In this document: positions 1-11,801 of the stretch, one piece after another | Layout of the letters: each line of letters begins with the position of its first letter | How positions within the stretch are numbered: the first letter of the stretch is position 1 | Assembly (NCBI RefSeq): GCF_030144855.1 | Contig: NC_082716.1 | Location: forward strand, 24,056,001-24,120,000 | Direction of reading: 5' to 3' | Length of the DNA: 64,000 bases | Origin: Hypanus sabinus | Taxonomy: Eukaryota | Made by a program: the position numbers and the translations under genes | Notes under the pieces: generated by a model | The model's input: the letters and a program-made list of their open reading frames with translations, nothing else | The model's database searches: none | What the model was told of the DNA's origin: nothing

Positions 1-385
1 GGAGTTGCCAGTCAGCATTGAACTCAACATAGCAACTCAAGGTCCAGATATTTCCTTGGGGTTTACACCGGAAGCTTTCCTCATGAGTGGGTATAACCGC
101 AAGGCAGCAGAAGTTTCAGATCAGACTTTTCCTTCTCCTAGATGAGCTGCCAACCACGGCTGATGAGCCCCATCTACCTGAAGTGACTAGTTTTAGGGCA
201 TTGGGAACCTGCCTTTGCCCCTTCTCAGTAGAAACAATTCCATCCGGCTTAGTAGCTAAGCCGCACATGAAGGCCAGGTTGGTTTTCAGAGGTTATTTGA
301 GACGTATGCCCTCAGTTGCGGGAGTTTATTTCAGACCCCTCCCCAACTGCCCCCACTCCCCTCCAGCTGTGCCAACCTTAAGGAA
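1..385 (-). mobile_element. RTE-clade LINE 5' UTR (continues off the window start)
   Basis: The minus strand reads TTCCTTAAGGTTGGC...GGCCTTCATGTGCGGCTTAGCTACTAAGCCG...GATGGGGCTCATCAGCCGTGGTTGGCAGCTCATCTAG...GTTGAGTTCAATGCTGACTGGCAACTCC. I recognise this from memory as vertebrate RTE 5' UTR sequence. No RTE coding sequence is present in the window. Confidence 0.6.
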
Positions 386-461
386 CCACTGGGTATTGAG
401 CACCACTTACCTGTACTCCTATCTATGAACGTTGGGGTTTCTTCTTTTTTCCTTCTTGTCA

Positions 462-790
462 AGCACCACAGGGAATGAAACAGGTCCTTCAGCTCATTGA
501 GTCTGTGCCAACCATCGAGCATGCAGTTCCACTAATCATTCTCCCCATATTTCTATTCACTCACCCTGTTTTCTACTAGTCACCCTCACCCTGTGGACAA
601 CTAACAGTGGCCAAGTAGCCAACTAACCTGCATGTTTTTGGCAAGTGGAAGGAAGCCAGGACATGTGGAGGAAATTAACACAGTCACAACTGGAACATGC
701 CTACTCCACACAAGCAGTGCCTGAGATCAGGATTGAACCCAGATTGCTGAGGCTGTGAGGAGGCAGCTCGAACAGCTGCACATTGTGCTA
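462..790 (-). mobile_element. tRNA-derived V-SINE (HE1-like) with CR1-type 3' tail
   Basis: The B-box-like head appears on the + strand as CAGGATTGAACCCAG...GCAGCTCGAACAGCTGCACATTGTGC. The V-domain-like body is GGAAGCCAGGACATGTGGAGGAAAT, and the CR1-like tail is GAAACAGGTCCTTCAGCTCATTGAGTCTGTGCC. Confidence 0.75.
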
Positions 791-924
791 ACCCCCTTAT
801 GTCCTATAACTTTGCCTTCTTCATGTAAAGGTCTTTGAACTTTTCTGAGAAATCCTAGTACTTCAATGGTGAAAAAATTGTTTAGAGGAGATTTGGAGAA
901 GAACTATTGGAGAAGGTACATAGT

Positions 925-2750
925 CTGCTGAAGGCTGAATCTGAGGCATTCAAGACTGGTGACCCAGGTCTGTACCAGAAAACCAGGTGTGATTTGCATA
1001 GGGATATTTCAAGGGCTAAGAGACAATTTTGAGTGAGCTTGGAGTTAACATCAGATGCACACCAACTCTGGCAGGGTCTGCAAGATATTACTTCCTACAA
1101 AGTGAAACCCAATGGCATGAATGGCAGTGATGCTTCACTACCAGATGAACTCAATGCCTTTGCTACCCACTTTGAAAGGGAGAATACAACTACAGCTGTG
1201 AAAATCCCTGCTGCACCTGATGACCCTGTGATCTCCATCTCAGAGGCTGATGTTAGGCTGTCTTCAAAGAGAGTGAACCCTTGCAAGGCGTAAGGTTCCA
1301 ATGGAGTACCTGGCAAGGCTCCGAAAACCTGTGCCAACCAACTGGCAGGAGTATTCAAACACATTTTCATCCTCTCACTGCTATGGGCAGAAGTTCCCAC
1401 TTGTTTCAGAAATTCAACAATTATACCAGTGCCTAAGAAGAATAATGTGGGCTGCCTTAATGACTATTGCTTGGTAGCACTCACATCTACAGTGATGAAA
1501 TGCTTTGAGAGGTTGGTCACGACCAGCCTGAACTCCTGCCTCAGCAAGGACTTGGGCCCATTGCAATTTACCTATTGTCACAATAGGTCAACGGCAGATA
1601 CAATCTCAATGGCTCTTCACACGGCTTTAGACCACCTGGACAACACAAGCATCTATGTCAGGATGCTGTTCATCGACTAGAGCTCAGCATTTAATACCAT
1701 TATTCCCACAATCCTGATTGAGATGTTGCAGAACCTGGGCCTCTATACCTCCCTCTGCAACTGGATCCTCGACTTCCTAACCAGAAGACCACAATCTGTA
1801 TATCTCCTCCTCGCTGACAATCAACACTGGTGCACCTCGGGTGTGTGCTTAGCCCATTGCTCTACTCTCTATATACACATAACTGTGTGGTTCAAATGCC
1901 ATCTATAAATTTGTTGATGATACAGCGTGACAAGAGGGCGTACAGGAGTGAGATATGCCAACTAGTGGAGTGGTGCCACAGCAACAGCAGTAAGACAAAA
2001 GAGCTGATTATGGATTTACAGAAGGGAAAGATGAAGGGACACATACCAATCCTCACCGAGGGATCAGAAGTGGAGAGAGTGAGCAGTTTCAAGTTCCGGG
2101 GTTTCAAGATCTCTGAGGATCTAACCTGCTCCCAACATATTGATGCAGTTGTGAAGAAGGCAAGACAGTGACTATACTTCATTAAGAGTTTGAAGAGACA
2201 TGGTATGTCAACAAACACACTCAAAGATTTCTATAGATATACTATGGAGAGCATTCTGACGGGCTGCCTGGTAGGGGAGGACTACTGCACAGAAGCTGCA
2301 GAGGGTTGTAAATTTAGTCAGCTCCATCTTGGGTACTAGCCTAGAAAGAACCCAGGACACCTTCAAGGAGCAGTGTCTCAGAAAGGCAGTGTCCATTATT
2401 AAGAACCTCCAGCACCCAGGGCATGCCCTTTTCTCACTGTTACCATCAGGTAGGAAGTACAGAAGCCCGAAGACACACGCTCAGCGATTCAGGAACAGCT
2501 TCTTCCCCTCTGCCATCCGATTCCTAAATGGACATTGAATCCTTACACATTACCTCAGTTTTTAAAAATATATAGTATTTCTGTTTTTTGCACAATTTTT
2601 TAATCTATTCAATATATGTATACTGTAATTGATTTACTTATTATTCTACTTTGTTTTTCTTCTTCTAGATTATGGATTGCATTGAACTGCTGCTGTTAAA
2701 TTAACAAATTTCATGTCACCTGCCGGTGATAATAAACCTGATTCTGATTC
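925..2750 (+). mobile_element. Rex1/Babar LINE, 5'-truncated, disrupted RT
   Basis: ORF fragments include [74 protein letters not shown] and RFRNSFFPSAIR. The 3' end is AATAAACCTGATTCTGATTCT. Confidence 0.9.
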
Positions 2751-2754
2751 TTAG

Positions 2755-3800
2755 AGGCAGGATTTATGAGCGTCTGGAAAAACAAATTCCAATTACAGTT
2801 GTCCAAATGGTTTTGTGGGGGGTAGGTCATGCCTTAGAGCCTGACTGAATTCTTTGAGGATGTGTCAAAGCATGTTAATGAAGGTGGAGAGTGGATGTGG
2901 TGCATCTAGATTTTAGTGAGGCATTTGATACGGTCCCCCATGGGAGTAAGTCAAGAGACACAGGATCCAGACAAGCTTGCTGGTATCTATACTGAATTGG
3001 CTTGCCCATAGAAGGCATTGCGTAGTTGTAGATGGAGCATTTTCTGCACGGAGTTTAGTGACCAGTGGCCTTCCATGGGGATCTGTTCTGACACGCTGCT
3101 GTTTGTGACTTTTACAAATAACTTGGATGAAGAAATGGAAGGATGGATTAGTAAGTACTCAGATGACAGAAAGGTTGGTGGCGATGTGGATAGTGTGGAA
3201 GGTTGTCATAGATTGCAACAAGAGATTGACAAGACGCTGAAATGGGCTGAGAAGTGGCAGATGGAGTTCAGCAGGGAAATGTGTAAAGTGATTCACTCTG
3301 GAAGATTAAATTTGAAGGCAGATATAAGGTTAATGTCAGGATTCTTAGTGATGTGGAGCAACAGAGTAATCTGGAGCTCCATATCATTAGATGTCTCAAA
3401 GCTGCCAAGCAAGTTGATAAGGGTTGTTACAAAGGCATTTGGCGTGTTGGCCTTAGTGTCAGGGGATTGCATTCAAGAGCCATGAAGTTTCAGAGAGGGT
3501 ACAGAGGAGATTTACCAGGATGCTGCTTGCATTAGAGGGCATATCTTATGAGGTGAGGTTAAATGAGCTACAGCCTTTCTCTTTGGAGAGAAAGACAATG
3601 AGAGCTGTCTTGACAGAGGTGCACAAGATGATAATAAGTATAGATCGAGTGGATAGCCAGAGATTTTTTTTTCCCCAGGCCTGAAATGGTTAGTATGAAG
3701 GGAACATAATTTTAATATGATTGGAGGAGAATAGAGGGGGTGTTCGGGGTAAGTTTGTGAGAGTGGTGTGTGTGTGTGCAGTGATCTGTCAGGGGTAGAA
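2755..3800 (+). mobile_element. CR1 LINE RT and 3' fragment, degenerate
   Basis: ORF 3018-3485 contains ISKYSDDRKVGG...LQQEID...WAEKWQMEFS...CKVIH, which is typical of CR1 ORF2. Confidence 0.82.
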
Positions 3801-3847
3801 ATAATTGTATGTATGTACATGAGGGATATTCTTTTTGTTCTATCCAG

Positions 3848-3936
3848 ATTTGACAAGAATCGCTGGAGTGGACAATATGGTTAATCCAATGAACCAGATT
3901 ATGACCCTGACAGTGAAGGCAGAAATCTCGCTCCTA
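3848..3936 (+). other. Candidate spliced exon, unidentified (LTRIAGVDNMVNPMNQIMTLTVKAEISLL)
   Basis: Strong acceptor TTCTTTTTGTTCTATCCAG, one open frame and a weak donor CTA|GTATGC, in non-repetitive DNA. The peptide is not recognised. Confidence 0.2.
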
Positions 3937-4359
3937 GTATGCTATCTTTACCAATCCAGAACTTGTGTTAGAATTGCAAATAATTATATAAAACTGACCC
4001 AGAAATTTTGGATTAATTAGCACAATATACAGTATTCTGGCAACTTCTTAGCTACTTTGAACTGATTTAACAAATCAGCCCCAGTGTATCTGAAATCATT
4101 TTAATTAGATTACTGCAGAATTGTTAGATGTGACCTAATTTGGATGAGTTTTGATTCCATTTTATTTTAGATTTCCTGTGCCCCTAAAAATAAATGTACT
4201 GCATCATCATAGAGCATATAATTCCATTTGCTGCCTGTTTTGTAGAAGTTCAAATGATATTTTTTCAATAAAAATACTTGTGATTTTCATGTTTGAAGCT
4301 TGCAAAATGTTTAGAAGTTTATGGCTTGTGCCCGCATCTGCCTTCCTGTTTAATTTTAG

Positions 4360-4600
4360 AAGGAACAAAAAGGGTCTGGTACAAACAGGCTGAAGAGTGC
4401 ACCTGAACACCAGTCAGAAAATGACACGTCCAGCGCTGCCAATTGTCTGGTTTCTATGTAGTAAGCAGTTCTGAGATTCTGTCCACATGCCAAGTACTGG
4501 CTGATGACAATTAGCTTTTTAAGAATTCATCCAACAGCATTTCACACTGAGCTGCAACAGAATGTACCAGGCATCAGCCAGAAAAAGCAGCAAGAAGACG
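4360..4600 (+). other. Candidate spliced exon, unidentified
   Basis: Acceptor CCTTCCTGTTTAATTTTAG and donor ACG|GTGAGT at 4600/4601. In phase with 3848-3936 it would add KEQKGSGTNRLKSAPEHQSENDTSSAANCLVSM and stop at 4459-4461. Confidence 0.15.
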
Positions 4601-5052
4601 GTGAGTAGCAGCTTGCAGCTATGGCAATACCTGGAGCGCACTATTACGTACCTGCCAGCCAACAGCATGATGCATTTGAGCCAGCCATACCTTGTTAGCA
4701 TTCACTGATTGAAGCCAGTGTGAAATTTAAGCTTGCTGTGCCAAACTTGCCGGCAACATGCTTTTCAACAAAGCTTTTATTATGTTGTCTTGGTACTTTA
4801 AGCAATAGTAACACTCATCAGACACCTTCTGTTACATATTATAACACAAATCTTAATTTGGGTTCCTTTAGTAATATCACAATGGGGAATTATTTTTTCA
4901 TATTTGAAAGATTATCTCATATTAATATCTATTGCTGATCAGAAACCTACTGAATGTAAGTAAGTTTCTTTTACTGTGATTTGGGTGATTGAGGGCCAGA
5001 AAGTTCACCAAAGATGGCTCAGGGATTTGATTTCCATAAGACCATAAGACAT

Positions 5053-7788
5053 ACAAATACAAATACTTTATTGTCACCAAACAATTGATACTAGAGCGTA
5101 CAATCATCACAATGATATTTGTTTCTGCGCTCCGCACTTCCTGAAGTACAAATCAAAGTAAATATAATAAAAATTTAAATTATAAATCATAATTAGAAAA
5201 TAGAAAAGGGAAAGTAAGGTAGTGTAAGTCAGGTCCAGATAATTGGAAGGTACGGCCCAGATCCAGGTCAGGATATATTCAGCAGTCTTATCACACTTGG
5301 AAAGAAGCTGTTCCCAAATTTGGCCATACGAATCTTCGTGCTCCTGAAACTTCTCCCAGAGGGAAGTGGGACAAAAAGTGTGTTGGCTGGGTGGGTCTTG
5401 TCCTTGATTATCCTGGCAGCACTGCTCCAACAGCGTGCGGTGTAAAGTGAGTCCAATGATGGAAGATTGGTTTGTGTGATATGTCAGGACGAAGGGTATT
5501 GACCTGAAACGTTGACTGCTTCTTTCACTGGATGCTGCCCGACCTGCTGAGTTCATCCAGCAATTTTGTACATCTTGATTTGACCACAGCATCTGCAGTG
5601 TACTTTGTGTTTACAAATTTCTTCAGCTTTCTCAGGAAGTAAAGGCTCTGGTGGGCCTTCTTGGCAGTGGACTCTGCTTGCTTAGACCAAGTCAGGTCAT
5701 TTGTGATATTCACCCCGAGGAACTTAAAGCTTTTGACCTGTACACATCACCAATGTAGATGGGGTCATGCAGTCCACTACTCCTTCTGAAGTCAACAACC
5801 AATTCCTTCGTCTTGCTGACGTTGAGGAATAGGTTATTGTCTTTGCACCACACCACCAGGTTCTTAATTTCCTCTCTGTACTCAGACTCATCATTACCCA
5901 AGATATGACCTACAATTGTGATGTCATCAGCAAACTTATATATTGAGTTCGATGGAAACTTGGCTACACAATCATGGGTGTACAGTGAGTATAGCAGGGG
6001 ACTGAGTAAACAGCCTTGTGGGGCACCGGTGCTCAGAGTGATTGTAGAGGAGAGCTTGTCCCCTATTTTTACAGTCTGGGCCCTGTCTGTGAGGAAGTTG
6101 AAGATCTAGCTGCAGATCTGAGTGCTAAGACCCAGGTTCCGGAGCTTAGGAATCAGTTTGTTTGGAATGATGGTATTAAAGGCAATGAAAAGGGGCCTTA
6201 CATATGCATCTTTGTTCTCCAGGTGTTCTAAGGAGGAATGTAGTACCAGAGAGATGGCATCTGCCGATGACCTGTTGCTCCGGTAGGCGAATTGCAAAGC
6301 GTCGAGGTTGACCGGCAGGTTATGGTTGATGTGTGCCATAACCTATCGCTGGAAGCACTTCATAGCAATTGATGTTAGAGCCACAGGTCGGTAGACATTC
6401 AGGCATGACACTTAGCTTTTCTTTGGCTCCAGGATTATCGTTGCCTTTTTAAAACACGAGGGGATCTTAGATTGAAGCAGGGAGCAGTTGAAGATGTCAG
6501 CAAACACTCCAGCTAGCTCGCTTGCGCAGGTCCGGAGAACCCGTCCTGGGACGACATCTGGGCCCGTCGCCTTCCTTGGATTTGTCTTCAGGAAGGCTCT
6601 TCTAACGTCTTCCTCCTTGACGATGAATATTGATGCCACCAGGTCTGGTTCATCTGGAGGGTGCGGGATGCTCCTCTTCTGTTTGAATCTTGTGTAGAAT
6701 ACGTTAAGTTCGTCAGGAAGAGAAGCGCTACAGTTACTGATATTCCCAGCCATTTCTTTGTGCCCAGTGATCTCATTTAGACCCTGCCATAGTCTACTGG
6801 CATCCCTCTGGTTAGCCTGGGCTTCCAACTTGGCTCGATATTGCCTCTTGTCCTTAATGGCTTTCCGGAGTTCACGCCTGGATTCCGTGTAGCGACTGGT
6901 ATCCCCGGACCTAAAAGCCGCAGCTCTAGACTTCAAAAGGGACTGGACCTCATAATTCATCCAAGGCTTCTGGTTAGGGATTACCCAGATCGTCTTGCGA
7001 GACACAGAGTCCTCTGTGTATTTCCAGATAAAGTCCATGACAGCTGAGGCATACTCATCGAGGTTAGCTAATGAGTCCTTGAATACTAACCAGTCCACCG
7101 ATTCAAAGCAGTTACAGAGGACGTCATCCGTTTCCTCTGTCCAACGTGACACCACTTTTGACACCGTGACCTCCTGCTTCAGTTTCTGTTTGTAAGCCGG
7201 GAGGAGGAGTACGGCCTGATGGTCCTGTTTTCTGAAGTGAGGTCGTTGGATGGAACAGTAGGCATCCTTGACTGCTGTGTAGCAGTGGTCAAGTATATTC
7301 AGACCTCTAGTGGAGCAGGAGACATGTTGGTATAACTTTAGCAGCGCTTTTCTGAGGTTGGCCTGGTTAAAGTCCCCGGCTGTAATGAGCAACGCCTCTG
7401 GATACCTGGTCTCAAGTTCACTGATGTTGGCATACAGAGTATTCACAGCACACTCCACGTCTGCCTGGGGGGGAAATGTAGACCGCTGTCAGTTTGACCG
7501 AGGTGAATTCCCGTGGCAGATAATAGGGACGACACTTCACCGACAGATGTTCCAGGTCTGGACTGCAGGAGCTTGTCAGTGTCACTGTGTCCGAGCACCA
7601 TGCAGGGTTGATTGTTAGGCAGACTCCACCTCCCTTTGTCTTGCCCGAAGACACCGTGCGGTCCATCCGATGGATTGAAAATCCCTGTGGTCGGATGACA
7701 CAGTCGGGGGTGGCAGGGGAAAGCCAGGTCTCTGTGAAACAGAATTCACAGCAGTTCTGCATCTCCCTGCAGTAGGTGAGTCTCCCTT
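5053..7788 (-). mobile_element. Rex1/Babar LINE with APE endonuclease and RT, frameshifted, internal deletions
   Basis: APE motifs are FCFTETWL, GGGVC, PYYLPREF, AVYISP, AGDFNQ and LDHCY. RT-region motifs are [20 protein letters not shown] and VSKTKELVVDFR. The 3' tail on the + strand is CAAATACAAATACTTTATT. Confidence 0.92.
5488..5614 (+). mobile_element. Solo Penelope-like terminal repeat with degenerate hammerhead, inside Rex1
   Basis: GACGAAGGGTATTGACCTGAAACGTTGACTG...GATGCTGCCCGACCTGCTGAGTTCATCCAGCA...CAGCATCTGCAG. It is homologous to the Penelope termini at 48620-48712 and 55575-55700. Confidence 0.8.
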
Positions 7789-8025
7789 TGGAGCAGAATT
7801 AGGCCATTCAGCCCATTGAGTCTGCTCTGCCATTCAATCATGGCTGATTTATTAGCTCGTCCTCAGCCCTATTTTCCTGCCTTCTCCATGCAACCTTTGA
7901 TGCTCTTTTTAATCAGGAATCTATCAAGCTTCACTTTAAATATACCGTTGGACTTGGCCTCCACAGCTGTCTGTGGCAATGAATTCCACAAATTCACCCT
8001 CATCTGGCTGAAGAAATCCATTCTC
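7789..8025 (-). mobile_element. CR1 3' end, split by the Rex1 insertion (its tail lies at about 5032-5052)
   Basis: CCATAAGACCATAAGACATA at about 5032-5052 and GGAGCAGAATTAGGCCATTCAGCCCATTGAG at about 7790 rejoin into the CR1 tail seen intact at about 33785-33830. Confidence 0.8.
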
Positions 8026-8959
8026 ATGATATTCTTCCTCATGAATCAATATTCAATGAAGCAATATTGTCATTTTAAGAACTGTCATGAGAGGAAGTAT
8101 TCTTTTACCAGTTAAGCAAAGGGAAGGTTCCAGGATTGTATTGCACTGAATGAGGCTGGGAGTAGTGATTTGTTCGGGTAAAGTATTAAACTTAAACAGG
8201 CAACTTAATCACAGCTTTTTAACACAATCCAAGCCTGTTTCATAATTGAATTGGATGCCCATTCAGCACCTGATGTACATAGTTTCATAGTTATAGAGAG
8301 ATACAAGACAGAAATAGGCCCTTCAGTCAAGTAAATCCACACTGACCATTAGCTACCTATTTACACTAATTCTACAAAAGTCTCTTGAAGAAAAAGATGT
8401 TGAACTATTGGTATATGTAAATAGATAGTTTATCTCTTTTATCAATATTATATTGTGCTTGTTTTTGTTTAATTGAATTGATTAAATATATTTAATTGTT
8501 TTCAGTGTTTAAATGTATGAATTCTTTCAGTTAACTTTTAATAGCAGAAAAAAACTTTACATTGTGGGTGTTTTTGAATGTCAGAGACTTTCTGTCTCCT
8601 TGATAGTTTTAAGCAACCGATAAGCCCGAGGGTAATGCTTAACAAAACAACTCTGGGAGCAGGACCTGCTCATTTTAATCAGGTAATCCTGATAGGCCTC
8701 TCCAGTCTGATAGCAACTAGCATTATGAAGATACCCTTAACAGGTATACCCCTTAAACCCGACAGGTATGAGCCAGTTTTGAGAACAAGTGATGGCTGGG
8801 ATAGGGTAGTTCATTTATCCATAGAAAATCTCAAACAATTTTTATTCATATATATTTTAAAATTATATTGTCAGAGAAAGGAGACTAGCCCATCACCGGT
8901 CAAATTGTCCTTTGACCCAGCACAGTCAACTTAGCAAATTCAAGATGCATGCTCATTCT

Positions 8960-9590
8960 AATGATTTTAGCATCCAACCGGCATCAACCGACACAGCCTG
9001 AAACTGAGTCTTGTCAATGAATAGCATTTGATTGAGCTATCCTGCATCTTTTAATTGGGGATAAACTTCCCATTCACTGCAGATGATGGAATTCATATTG
9101 GAGTTATGAGGGTGAAAGAGTCAGCAGGTCCAGAGTCCAAGGCCATCAATAGTGAGTTTTGGGGTTGATACTGAAAATTGAAGCCTGAAGGTCAAAGGCT
9201 AAAATCAGGGAGGCTGGAAGTCGAGGTCTGATGCACGAAGACCTGCTTCAATGTGTCTCTGAGCTCACTGAGAAAGTCAAAGTTTCATTGTCTGTGAGCC
9301 CTTGAGACCCTGAGGTGGCCTTTCCTAGGGTTGGAAGCCTGTCTTAGTATGGGCCCCTGAAAGTACTGAAGAAAAGAGGGCGGAAAGGGTCTTCTTTTGC
9401 TGTTCTTGATTCGTTTTGTTGTTGCTGCTTGTGTTATTCTGCTGAACATTTTGGGCATGCTAATTTGGTGCTGGGATGTGTGGCGACATTTTCAGGCTGC
9501 CCCCAGCATATCCTTTGCTTGTATTGATTGTTAATGCAAATGTCATATTTCACTGTATGATTCCACATGGATCTGGACTGTGTTTATTTT
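8960..9590 (+). mobile_element. Non-autonomous retroposon-like repeat with a Rex1/SINE-type 3' region
   Basis: The 3' part, GGGCATGCT...TGTGTGGCGACA...GGCTGCCCCCAGCATATCC...ATTTCACTGTATG, is shared with 37230-37340, 41810-41912 (-) and 48835-48975 (-). No ORF is present. Confidence 0.45.
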
Positions 9591-9845
9591 TAGAAAGCTA
9601 ATGTTCAAATCTGGGGGCAGTGGGCTCTGTGATGTCAGGAGGGTTTTCAAATACTCTCTAAAATGGCCATGAAGGCAGCTGTTGATATGAATGACAGAGG
9701 TCAAATAAACCCAGAGCTCCTGGGTACACTTGTGCAAACATTCATTGAATTCAAAATTCATATTCTATCACCACATGCAGATCATGGTCAATGTCCCAGA
9801 CCCCACCCCCCATTACTTCCCTTCTAAAGATTTCTATCCTCAAAG

Positions 9846-10265
9846 AGGGTACAACCTTGTCATGGTTTGGAGGCTGTGTGCCTCAATGACCCAGAGAGTC
9901 TGTACTTAGTCCTGGCTGTACTTAGTGATTTACGCTTTGGCTCTTGGTAGGGTCACCCATGCCAAACATGTCAACGGGCAGAGGCCAGACTAAGCGTCAT
10001 CCACCATTCCTCCAGGTCTGGGGTTTAGCTCAGGGCTAACTACCCTGACTGGTCAAACAAAACTGTTACAGAAACAGCAATGAAGAATTCTACTACACCA
10101 GAGTCTCCACCCAGGACTTGCATGACTGATGGTAGTGAAAATCGAAAGGAAGCTATTGGCATGATGAAAGAAGCCCTGAACACCACGACAGAGATGGAGG
10201 ACCTTCATTGCTGCCCAGATTCTGTGCCCAGCATCACAGAAGCACAACAGGCACTAAGTAAGTAA
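9846..10265 (+). mobile_element. Bipartite RTE-derived non-autonomous element (Bov-A-like architecture)
   Basis: The RTE-type 5' end, GGGTACAACCTTGTCATGG...CCTCAATGACCC...GGTAGGGTCACCCATG...GGGCTAACTACCCTG, joins within about 420 bp to an RTE-type 3' end, ATGGAGGACCTTCATTGCTGCCC...CAGGCACTAAGTAAGTAA. Confidence 0.68.
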
Positions 10266-10874
10266 AGGCTGCTATCAATCGGGACTTGGAACTAACACTC
10301 ATTCGCTCCACCGTATTCTCAGATACTTACCAATACATAAAGCCTTATGCAGCTAAGCCACACAGGTACCATTTAACCAAGATGTTCATTTTATCCAAAT
10401 ACACTAAAGGAAATGGTTGAAAACTTTTCCTTTTCACGTAGGATGAAGCAGCTCTAGACTGGTAGTGGGGTCAGACTTAAGTGGGAGCAAGTATTTAGAT
10501 ACTTCATGAACTTAGCTGCGGGTTGTACATTGAAGCCAAGAGTCAAGGAATTGGCAGTTAGCTCTTGCCACTAGATCGCCATCCTTTATTTTGTTATGGA
10601 GGCTCAGTACAAATGGCATGGACAATGTAGCAGAATGAAGACAGTATAACTTCAGGCAGGATTCAGGACACTATCTGTGTTTGTTGCATTGTCGATCAGC
10701 AGCTTGATAATATGGGAAGGAAATCTCTTTAGGATGCAGCACAATGTGCTTGCAACTATTGATCCCTTACACCATGAGGAAGCGTATAGTCCACATGCTT
10801 ACACAACATGTTGCTGACCAGTGTAATAATCATTTATCTTCCTTGGAATGGATTTTTGTTATGCAACAGGAAAA

Positions 10875-11617
10875 CAGGATACATTGAAAGTGGTCCCACT
10901 GGTAGATAGGGTTGTAAAGAGAGCTTTTTGCACGTTGGCCTTCATACATCAAAGTACTGAGTACGGAAGTTAGGATGTTATGTTGAAGTTGTATAAAAAG
11001 TTGGTGAGGCCTAATTTGGAGTATTGTGTGCAATTCTGGTCAAAATGATGAGGGGTATAGACAAAGTAAATGGAAGCATGCTTTTTCCACGTGATTGGGT
11101 GAGATTAGAACTAGAGGTCATGGGTTAAGAGTGAAAGGTGAAAAATTCAGAACATAGAACATATAAAATCTACTGCACATTACAGGCCCTTCAGCCCACA
11201 ATATTGTGCTGACCATGTAACCTACTCTAGAAACTGCCTAGAATTACCCCATCGCATTGCCCTCTATTTTTCTAAGCTCCATTTACCTATCTAAGAATCT
11301 CTTAAAAGATCCTATTGTATCCACCTCTACCACATTTGCTGGCAGCGCATTCCACGCACCCACCACTGTATGCGTGAAAAAAGGAAGCTGAAGGGAAACT
11401 TCTTCATTTAGAGAGTGATGAAAGTGTAGAACGAGTTGCTAACAGAAGTGATGAATGTGGATTCCACTTCAACACTTAAGAGAAGTTTTGACTAGTGCAT
11501 AGATGGGTTTGGAGGGCTCTGGTGCAGATGTAGATCAATGGGACTAGGCAGAATAATAGTTTGCATGGACTAGATGAGCTGAAGAGCCTGTTTCTGTGCT
11601 GTGGTACTATATTGACT
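10875..11617 (+). mobile_element. CR1 3' fragment with a nested inverted CR1 tail (about 11150-11380, minus)
   Basis: LYKKLVRPNLEYCVQFW-type coding remnant, RTRGH motif (AGAACTAGAGGTCAT) and terminal GAAGAGCCTGTTTCTGTGCTGT. The nested tail is AGAACATAGAAC...ACAGGCCCTTCAGCCCAC. Confidence 0.8.
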
Positions 11618-11801
11618 CGAAGGCATTTTTAGTCTAAAAGGAGTCATATGTGAAATGGTTTATATCCATCATACATTTAATAGACACCAGCAAAGTGATA
11701 ATCTCCAGTTAGAATTCTGACTAAAGTTTGCGATGTATCGGAGTGAGGACATCTTTACTGAATCACGGACTATTCAAATATTATTCCTTTCTGAGATTCA
11801 G

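Noticed and set aside
6412-7458. 348-aa ORF as a host gene
   Set aside because: It is the APE-to-RT linker of a Rex1/Babar LINE, with frameshifted continuations on both sides.
10326-10405. Minus-strand coding exon (AG...GTAAGT)
   Set aside because: All three frames contain stops.
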